Positions 22,598 to 30,939 of a stretch of DNA of 30,939 nt are shown in pieces; within the stretch, counting starts at the first letter, position 1, and each line of letters opens with the position of its first letter. A model generated the notes under the pieces. It saw only the letters and a program-made list of their open reading frames with translations. It made no database searches and was not told where the DNA came from. The DNA is from Fimicolochytrium jonesii (Eukaryota), in contig NW_026515699.1 in assembly GCF_025526975.1 (NCBI RefSeq), positions 310,001-340,939 of the forward strand, given 5' to 3'. Both the position numbers and the translations under genes were made by a program.

Positions 22598-25500
22598 ATG
22601 GAAGTCGCCACCACCCCGCTAGGTTCGGCCTCAGCGTCCGCCATCGAGCTCTCCGCACCGGAAGTGGCACCCGGCCCGCCCACCGACGCCCCCCCTCCCG
22701 ACCCCAGCGCAGAAGAACCACCCCCTCCCACCGACCCCCTAACCGCCAAACTACACGCCCTGCGGCACCACCTCACCACCTTCACCACAACGCACACCCA
22801 CCTCCGCACCGCCGTCGCATCCGCCCAAGACCTCTACCACGGCCCCACCACCGTCATCTCCGACCGCAATGCGTACGCGATGGGGTTGGCGACCAGCGCC
22901 GCGCAGGCTAAGCAGGGGGTTGTGGAGCTCACGAGGCAATTGAGTGAGGCTGCGGAGCTGTTGGGTGGGTTTTTGGACTTGCAAGGGGGGGTTTTGGGAG
23001 GGGTGGGGAGGGGGGTTGAGGGGGTTCGGCAGGTATGTGTTGGGAGACGTTGATGTTCTTGGAGTTGTGGGGGAGGGATGGGATGAGGCGCTGATGAAAT
23101 GGCTTGGCAGCATATGGACCTTGTTGAGGAAAAAGTGACGCAGCGGTCGTTGGGGAGGGGGAAGCGTAAGGTGATTGAAAGGTGTCCTAAGATTATCAAG
23201 CTCGAAGGTACGTCAGATGACCCGCCTCCAGTCCATCGGAAACAACGTCGCGAGGAAACAAGCAATCTAAGTAATGCATCTTTCCCCAGGCGCAACACCC
23301 AAACTCCCCCTCCAACCCCAACTTCAATTCGACCTCCGCGCCTACGAATCCATCGGCATCATCCGCAACCTCCCTCCTTCCTCCCGCCGCGCCTCTCGTC
23401 AACCAACGAACACCTCCTCCCACTCCGGGGGCGCGATAGTGTACTCCCCCTCCAAAATGACTCTCGAACAGGCAGTGTCTTCCGGGCGGTCGCGGTCAGG
23501 GAGTCTGGCGCAACGGACGAATATCACGGCGTTCTTTTCGGGTGGAGGCGGTGCGGGTGAGATGATGGGGGGCAGTCGGAGGTCGTCGAATGTGACATCG
23601 GAGACGATGAGTAGATTGGCGACGGAGAGCGGGGCGACGAAACGGGCGTCGGTTTTGAAGGATGTGGTGTTTTTGGAGCAGGGGGCCGGTGAAGGTGGGT
23701 TTTCACCACAACAAAAAAATCCGTTCATTCGTTGTGGGAGAAGCAAACGCCTGGAATGCTAAATCGGAATGCCTTTTTTTCGCAGGGCCCCGATCCTCCG
23801 GCTCCCTTGACCGCGGCATCGACGTACCCTCAAACCCCAAAACCGTCGCACAGATACAACAGCAAGGCCGTATCCCCAAATCAACCTCGTTCGCACACGC
23901 CCAGCAGAGCTTAACGGGGTTAGCGCAATCGCGCTCGATAACGAATTTGCAAGCGTTCGGGTCGCAGAGCAGTCTGGTGCGCGGTAAGGCGGCGTCGTTG
24001 ACCTCTATGCACTCGATTGAGGGAGGGAGGGAGCCGATTCCTGTTAAGGTGGAGGGGCAGAGTGTGAGGAGGGCGTCGGAGGTGCAGCATATTGGTGAGT
24101 TTTTCCTCTGCAAATGTCCCATCTTCTGTACTACCGTTTTGGAATCCTAATTTTTGATATCTTCTGTCTACAGAATCATTGAACGTCGACACATCCCCCA
24201 CCCTCAACCTCGAAAACCAAATCATCAGCCCCGTCAGCCGCGAAATGTCCATCAACCGCGGGGTGGTCAGGATCCCGGCGCCTCCAGTCGTTGGACCCTC
24301 GCCCCGATCTTCTGCAGCTGCCCCTCCACCGCCGCCGCCGCCACCTCCCGCGCCGGGCGCACTGCAGAAAGCCAAATCCGCGTCGAGGGAGCAAGTCATC
24401 GCGCCATCGGTTCCGGTAGCTGTTACCGCTGGGCCCCCTCCGCCGCCGCCTCCCCCGGTCCCTACACCCGCGGCTGCAGGTGGTGGTGGTCCGCCTCCCC
24501 CTCCTCCTCCTCCACCGATTACAGCAGGCAGTGGGGGGCCCCCGCCGCCGCCTCCCCCACCAGCTCCACCGGCCATCTCAGCAGGTCCACCGCCTCCACC
24601 CCCGCCTCCCATCGCAGCCAGTGGACCGAGTATCGCTACGGGCGGTGGTGGCCCGCCCCCGCCTCCCCCCCCGCCTGTAATCGCTGCTGGTGGTGGTGGA
24701 CCCCCGCCTCCGCCCCCACTTCCAATGACTTCCGGTGGTGGTGGACCACCCCCACCTCCACCTCCTCCAATGGCTGGCGCCGGTGGCCCGCCGCCACCTC
24801 CCCCGCCTCCGACGCATTCCAGCGGCGGGCCGCCCCCACCTCCCCCACCGCCGTCAGGTGCAGGTGGCCCACCCCCACCCCCGCCTCCTGCTTCAGGCGG
24901 ATTCGGAGGAGGACCCCCGCCGCCGCCGCCCCCTGCGCCGTCGTCAGGTAATGCTCGCGAAATACGCAATTGACGCGATATGGGTTTCTGAAAACTCACA
25001 ATTTGGGTTTTGTTCTTTCACAAAGGTGGAGGCGATTTACAAGCCCAGCTCCAGAACGCGCTGAAGAATAAAGGGCCGAGGGCTCCGCCGCCTCCTGCAG
25101 GTATACCTCACCCCCCCGGCAGAAAATGACCCCGTCAACAACATTCAATCTCACACATACATACATTCTTCTCCCCCATCCAGCCGATACAACCGACTCT
25201 CCCAACAGCGGCGGCAGCGGCCTCTCCCTCCAAGAACAGCTCGCCCTCGCCGTCAAAAACCGCAAACCCACCACACCGTCCACGCCCTCGCCCACAAAGC
25301 CCGTGGAACCGGAACCGGTCTCGATGCAGGACCAGTTGCGGATGACGTTGCAGAAGCGGGCGCAGAAGAGTGAGAGTGGCGCTGGTGGTGGTCCTGCGGG
25401 TGCGGGAAGTGAGATGAAGAAGCCGGTGGAGGAGAAGGTGGATTTCCAGAGCCAGTTGAGGAGTGCGCTCAAGACGCGGTCTCGTACGTTTGAGGAAATC

Positions 25501-26236
25501 ACCGGGTTTTGGTGTTTTTGGGCTGTCCCTTGTCCGCTATTTTTAACATCATGGGTATGTTTTGCAGCCACGGGAGCGGGGATCCCCGAGAAACAAAAGA
25601 GTGCGGATTCGCCTTCTGGTATGTGTGAAAGAATGGAGACGATAAAGAGGGATGCGCAACACTTGCTGACGAGATGAAAACACAACGAAACAGAATCGTC
25701 GCCGGCAACAGGCAGCGTGCGTGACCGGTGGAAGAATTTGGAGAAGCAGACGTCGTCAGGTAAACCCTCATCAAACGTTCATCAGTCTCCCAATGGAGGG
25801 AAATAATGTGTGGTTTCGCTGATTGTGTAGGTGGCGTGGTAGCTACCCCCGTCCGCAAACCCAGCGTGCCCACACCCACCTCCGGAATTGGTCGACGCAC
25901 GTCTTCCAACGCCGACGGTAAGAATCCCCCCCCCTCTCCTCCCTCTTCCAATCACACCACACTAACCTCCCAACATCTTCAGCAGCCCCCCCACCCCCCG
26001 CCCCCGTCCTTCCCCCCGCCCCAGGAATCCCACCCGACACGCCCGTGATCGCCGTGGGCGCCTATACATCCACCGGCCCGGGGCAGCTCACCCTCACGCC
26101 GGGGCAGACGCTGAAGGTGATCAAGTGGGATTATGGGAATGGGTGGGCTTTTGGACGGACGGTTGTGCCTGAGGGGGAGCAGGCGGAGGAGGGGATCTTT
26201 CCGCAGACTTTTGTGGCGAGGGGGTTGGGGTTGTGA
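22598..26236 (+). CDS. Abl-interactor (Abi)-like protein: N-terminal Abi helical region, long polyproline region, C-terminal SH3. Exons 22598-23032, 23111-23207, 23290-23694, 23786-24094, 24174-24947, 25026-25100, 25184-25483, 25568-25618, 25694-25759, 25831-25917, 25983-26236
   Basis: Ten introns give a continuous frame. FLDLQ...RQHMDLVEEKVTQRSLG...RCPKII...FDLRAYESIG parallels the Abi consensus as I recall it (LLDIQ...QTVDIHKEKVARREIG...RTHKII...IDYTVLDDVG). The SH3 is AVGAYTSTGPGQLTLTPGQTLKV...GWAFG...EGIFPQTFV. Confidence 0.78.
24321..24940 (+). repeat. Coding low-complexity repeat of about 12 (Gly)n-(Pro)6-9 tracts
   Basis: Visible directly in the 24179-24973 translation. Confidence 0.95.
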
Positions 26237-27464
26237 GGTGGGGGATTGGATTGGGATCGTGCAGTGGGGGAGTTATTGAGGAGTGAATGTCTCCGACGCA
26301 GTTCGTTGTGTGAGCAGTGACTTTCTAGGTGTTCATATGATTATTGAGGCGAAATTGGACTCGGAAATGTGATTGTTTCTCCGACCCTGAGCGCGCTGTC
26401 GAAATTGGAAAGGAGGATCCAGTGGGCATCCCGACCGCTTATCTGCTCGCCAACTTCCTGTAAGAGCAGACCCATGCGCTTGATGCTCTATGTATCCGGA
26501 TGTTATGCTCCGAACCAATCCAGGAATCCTCAACTGCTTCGGGGAGGCTAGGGTGGTATCTATTGCGGCCCATTCGCAATAACGCTGGAAACCCGATTCG
26601 GCCTTCAGAACAAAGGGAAAAACATTGTGCTCCGCATAGGGGTCGAACCTGTGACCTACTGAGCATAATATGTTTCGTACCGTTTGTGAGAGAATGGACT
26701 GACAGTATGACAGTATTTTTGACCGCATTCGCAACTCACCCCGACGCTCTAACCGACTGAACCAGCGGAGCGAGATCCACCCTCTGGCCCACTGATCTGG
26801 AAGAGTTTGCATTTTCGGGGTGTCATACCCCCCGGAATGTCCTTCCGGCCAGCGAACAGAGCAAGTAACGGTTTGGGGGCAGTCAACATCAGCACAGATG
26901 CTGCACCACAAGGTCCAATGTGGGGCCCCCGTCGGGGTGAAGGAGCATCGTCTGATCATGGCAACTTGCGAAGAGCAGCTACGACATCCTGTTCAGAAGG
27001 CGGATGAATGCAACGGTGCAGACCGCAATGGCCCAAGCCCTTTGCGCACAGTACTGGGGCATTGGCCCTCGTCGTTCTCTCTGAGTCAAAGCTATGCCCA
27101 CCGGACAACCAAAGGGCTCGAGGAGATGATAGACGCCCTCCACGCCCTCTGTTAATGTGCACGCAGAGGATCCGCGCAAGCTAACCATTCGGAGGTCTCC
27201 AAGCGGGTGCTGTACACCTACATCTTATCGATGACACGGAGCGTGGGTATTCCTGCCTACATCAGAGGTCGCATTGACCTGACCTGACTTCCACTTCCTG
27301 AAGGGTGACACCGTTGCGGATTCCTAACTCCCAGCTGCCCGATTAGATACCATTTTCGCCACACTCGGGCACGTGCCCGTTTGTGATGTTTGGGATGTTG
27401 CAACTTGAGCCGGCCGAGGCGATTCGTGGGTATGTGGTTATGCGGCCCGCTTCAACAGCTGTAT

Positions 27465-27790
27465 GGGCAGCAGCAGCTAAGGGATGCGCCACACATATAG
27501 GTTAGCATGGGGTGGTGCATGGTGGGGGCCTGTTTTCGGGGCATTATGTGGCGTATGTGAGGGTTAGCAAGCGACCACCACCAGCGAATGGCGCTGGTGA
27601 CGCTGGAGCGAGTGCGGAAGAGGGGGCGGAGACGAAAGCCCCTACATCTGCAACACCGGAACAAGAAACGACAGAGAGCGAATGGGCGTACTGTAGCGAT
27701 ACGCATACGAGGGCGGCGACGTGGGAGGAGGTTAGCAAGGTGCAGGCATATATTCTGTTTTACGAGCGGTGGGATGGTGATGGGCAGTAG
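27465..27790 (+). pseudogene. C-terminal fragment of a USP (peptidase C19) deubiquitinase, frameshifted
   Basis: His box GVVHGGGLFSGHYVAYVR followed by WAYCSD...VSKVQAYILFYER. There is an in-frame TAG at 27503, the expected YRL lies in a shifted frame (27496-27504), and I found no Cys box or upstream exons between 26236 and 27460. Confidence 0.8.
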
Positions 27791-27894
27791 CTTAGTACAG
27801 AGTACATATTTACTGTTCCGGAGAATAAACCCCAACCAGCCAGCCTCGGGTGGCATGTCAGCTTTGCTGCCGGAGCGGCGATGCGTATCGGATA

Positions 27895-27929
27895 TAACCC
27901 TAACCCTAACCCTAACCCTAACCCTAACC
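27895..27929. repeat. Interstitial telomeric repeat (TAACCC)5 + TAACC, i.e. TTAGGG on the minus strand
   Basis: Read directly. TTAGGG is the common fungal telomere unit. Confidence 0.95.
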
Positions 27930-28103
27930 TGATTTCAACTCCGATGAATATGCTCTGGACGAGGAACGTAGTTCATGAGTTCAATGGATGAGGAGAAGGC
28001 TGTGCTTACTAAGCTTCTTTTCTTTCAACTCGAGCGATAATACAGTATAAATACATCCCCATCCCTGACCCCGTCCCGAGGGCTAATGACTGCTAATGGC
28101 TAC

Positions 28104-28163
28104 AGCGTGAAGGCTGTAAGGCCGAGCGTGGGCGTAAGGCCGAGCGTGAAGGCTGTAAGGCCG
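28104..28163. repeat. Tandem repeat of 18-21 bp x3 (AGCGTGAAGGCTGTAAGGCCG)
   Basis: Copies 1 and 3 are identical; the middle copy is shortened (agcgtgggcgtaaggccg). Confidence 0.9.
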
Positions 28164-28420
28164 CGCGTATGGGCAGCACATCTCCTAAAAGTGGTTTCTA
28201 ACCGTTCACAAGGATACAGCCAGTGTCCATAAAAGCTCCGAACCCGCAAGATTAAGTCAGTCTCCACTGTCGGCGCGTCCGACGTGACTCACAGCACCCG
28301 GGTCGTTTTCTTCACACTACTGTATGCCTCTCCTCAGCCAAGATCCTCGGCAATTGCCAAACCTTTTTCCACAGAATGCAATGGCACTGTTACCCTGCTA
28401 CTAGAAGCTAGAGCTATGAC

Positions 28421-28471
28421 CACTGCCGGCACGGCCAGGCGTGGTATTCACTGCCGGCATGGCCAGGCGTG
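28421..28471. repeat. 23-bp direct repeat x2 (CACTGCCGGCAYGGCCAGGCGTG)
   Basis: 28421-28443 and 28449-28471, one mismatch. Confidence 0.9.
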
Positions 28472-28579
28472 ATTGTTAGCTTAACTCTTGCTGGGCAGCA
28501 TTCTGCCACTGCTTTTTGGAGGTTGAGGTTGCCGGTGGCTCTCGTTACTTCCGCAATCGCTTGAGGGGCAGCCTAGATC

Positions 28580-29520
28580 TCGTCCCATACGCTTATTCAA
28601 GTCCGGAACGTAAGCCATACATCCCAACCGGCACACGTCCATCGTTCAAAGGTGAACCTCTGAGGCCAACCCCATGCGCCTTTTCAGTGCGCAACGGCCT
28701 GCACCGCTCCATACGCTTATCCAGCCCCGGAACGTCAGCCATACACCCCAAGAGGTACTCCAGCACCTCAACCCGGCTCTCAACGCTCTCTCCTTTCGCT
28801 GATTACGGAAGTGAACCTCTGAGTCCACCCATGCGCCTTCTGCGCGCTCCGGCTTCCACCGCTCCGTATGTTTATCCACCTCCGGCCGCAGCCACCGCCA
28901 TCTATGACTCCGTTGTCACCGGCACCCCATACGCCTTCTCAGTGCGCTACGGCTTACTCCATCCCATACGCTTATCAAGCCCCGGAACAGAAGCCAGTTA
29001 CCCCGGTAACATCATGGACACGAACAATAAGAAGGAAGCCCCCGATGCAGCCTCCATGGCCCATGCCATGCACGTTCAAGTCCACCCAGCCACACACGAC
29101 GTCCGCCTCTGCAAAGCGAAAGGCGAACTTCGGGCTGTACGGATCACAAGACCCCATCTTTGCGGATCTGGATCCACCTCTTCAAGACCACCACCGCCAC
29201 AATGGACTGGCGGATTCGACTACCGTTACTTCAAAGAAGGACACCGTACTTATCCCACCTACGTCCGGCGGCAACGCGCCCGCTCTATGCGACGTGTTAT
29301 CGGCTCCCGGTCTTACCCAGCCTCATACATCAGCTGTGCACTGATGAGGCAAACCTCTTATATCCGCTGCGAAATGCGCTGATAAAGAGAATCAGCGACG
29401 TTACCCCATCAACGGATCACCCGATTTGGACAACACAACGCTACCCCGGCTTCCACGCCATACGCCATTCCAGCGCGCCCCGGCTTCCCGCCGTACGCCA
29501 TTTCAGTGCGTAACCGACCC
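28580..29520. repeat. Dispersed degenerate repeat family built on a CCATACGC/CCATGCGC core
   Basis: Related blocks at about 28584, 28671-28740, 28828, 28926-28996 and 29457-29515, e.g. cccatgcgccttttcagtgcgcaacggc...ccatacgcttatccagccccggaac versus cccatacgccttctcagtgcgctacggc...ccatacgcttatcaagccccggaac. gtgaacctctgag occurs twice. Confidence 0.8.
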
Positions 29521-29988
29521 GCCTCTGAGTTCCCCATTTCAACACGCTCCTCTACTACCCGGAAGCAGTGGGGGCCCTCACGTGGGCATCTCGGGAGGAT
29601 GATACCTCCAACACCAATCGCTTGAGGTGTAGCCTGGATTTTGGGCACTCGCGGTACGCTATCAACTTCCGTCATTCATCGCTTCGCCGTCGTAGTCGTG
29701 GATGCCTCGGTAAAAACCTCTCCCAGGCGTAAAAACCTCCGTGAGGAAAAAAAACATAGATCCTGGGAGTAGGAAAAGAGCGCATCGTCGTATCAGGCAA
29801 GATCGGCTTTTGATGCCGTGCATATATATCCTCGTTTTCACCTCCAACCGCCACCAGGTAACAACCGCAATTCCTCACCGCTCTCAGCTTCATTACCACA
29901 GCACTGACGCGAGTTCCTTGACACACAGCTATCACGGCAATCACCTGCAACACCCGTCTCGGCTGACTTAGGGCACAGCACAGCCAAC

Positions 29989-30939
29989 ATGTCATCACAC
30001 CAAGCGCTCCAGGGGCACCTGTGGTGTGGCATCTTTACTGGAGTAACCACACCACGGCGGAAGAGGAGGAAGGTCACTCCAGTTACCCCGCGGTTGCCCA
30101 TACGTCTGCCGACCGCTGTGCAGACACCATTGCAATCACCCCCGCGATTTGAGTTCCCACCGTCTGTCCATCGCCACTTGCCCGAAGCAATTGCAGACAT
30201 GGTCAGTGAGAGTTCCGGCGATGACGACGGGCAGCACCAGCAGCGAGGGCTTTCACCTGTGGAAAGGGGTCTGCAGCGTCCGTTGAACCTCCCCGCTCCC
30301 ATCCCTTTCCGTTTTCCCAGCACACCGGGTGGATCACTGGTGCCTGAACCCCCGCCGCCACCACCACCAGTTCAACGACCTCGCCCACAGACGCATGCCA
30401 GCACGAAGGTTTCCCTTCACCGAATCCATAATCACAATCAAGTGCAAAGGGAGCGCCTGACAACGTTCATCGGCGATGTTCACGTACTTGCGCGCCACAC
30501 CACCTTCTTTCTCAAGTACTACCTTGGTGAGTTTTTGAGGTACACTACAGTGTATATTTCCCATAAGACAATGTCCTGACTGCTACATCTGCCCTCTCCA
30601 CTACAGCTGATCATCCTCTACACGATTTCCCGGACATCACCGACAAGCACATTAGTGTGATATTTGAGCTGCTAAACAATCCGGGCTACAACGGCAATCC
30701 GGTCCTCGCGCAAGAGTTGCGTCCACGGGTTCAAGAGTACTGTAATGTTCACGGATTCGCCCCCATCCGCATGCGAAGTAGCCAACAGACCGCAGCATAC
30801 ACAGCTACGAGCATCTTCACCAACCTTAAAGTCAACATACAGGAGCATTTTATGCAAATGTTTCTGCGCTATGTCAATGAAATGCTTGGTTTGAAGCAAG
30901 TCGTACTGCATCTCCGAGCGCAGCGCCAACAGTATTATC
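29989..30939 (+). CDS. Fanzor1 (eukaryotic TnpB-like RNA-guided DNA endonuclease), 3'-partial. Exons 29989-30526 and 30607->30939
   Basis: Intron GTGAGT...CTGAC...CTACAG (30527-30606) joins HASTKVSLHRI...RERLTTFIGDVHVLARHTTFFLKYYL to ADHPLHDFPDITDKHISVIFELLN...LRPRVQEYCNVHGF...QQTAAYTATSIFTNLKVNIQEHFMQMFLRYVN. This is colinear with the N-terminal region of Spizellomyces punctatus Fanzor1 as I recall it (...TNLKVNVQEHFMQMLLRYIN). The frame is open to the window end. Confidence 0.88.

Larger units (their letters stand above)
27895..30939 (+). mobile_element. Putative Fanzor-carrying element, left part; the left boundary is a guess
   Basis: Repeat-rich DNA without recognisable host genes leads into a Fanzor gene, and Fanzors are generally carried by transposons. 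No transposase, TIR pair or TSD is visible in the window. Confidence 0.45.

Noticed and set aside
24179..24973. Formin or WASP call for the polyproline gene
   Set aside because: No FH2, WH1/CRIB or acidic Trp-containing C-terminus. The N-terminus is Abi-like and the C-terminus is SH3.
23920..24999. 359-aa Gly-rich minus-strand ORF and other overlapping frames
   Set aside because: Antisense shadow of the polyproline exon of the Abi-like gene.
18373..25985. AAG acceptors (18431, 25025) and a NAGNAG acceptor (25982/25985)
   Set aside because: Known minor splice-site variants that keep the frame; not unusual enough to report as findings.
28516..29382. 288-aa ORF as a transposase
   Set aside because: No DDE, HUH or tyrosine-recombinase motifs, a non-ATG start, and largely made of repeat-derived peptide.
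28580..29520. CRISPR-like array next to an RNA-guided nuclease
   Set aside because: The repeats are degenerate and irregularly spaced, the context is eukaryotic, and there are no cas genes. Kept only as a repeat family.

Overview
Gene-dense, intron-rich eukaryotic DNA with short GT-AG introns of about 60-90 nt. It is most likely from an early-diverging (chytrid-like) fungus, inferred from an Abi/WAVE-complex subunit and a Fanzor resembling that of Spizellomyces. Positions 1-26.3 kb carry about ten genes that I spliced by hand: TSC1/hamartin (5'-partial), Mdv1/Caf4-like WD40 adaptor, peptidyl-tRNA hydrolase, ferroportin, pyridoxamine-phosphate oxidase, an RCC1-repeat protein, a secreted FaeA-like class-3 lipase/esterase, IPK1, RPL17 and an Abi-like SH3 protein with an unusual polyproline/helical-repeat middle. 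After about 26.3 kb the character changes: a frameshifted USP deubiquitinase fragment, an interstitial (TAACCC)n telomeric tract, several tandem repeat families, and finally the 5' part of an intron-containing Fanzor1 (eukaryotic TnpB-like RNA-guided nuclease) gene that runs off the window end and is not visible as one ORF in the six-frame track. A small spliced minus-strand locus near 20 kb can be read with an in-frame UGA in a UxxC context (speculative). All homology calls come from recalled motifs, not database searches.
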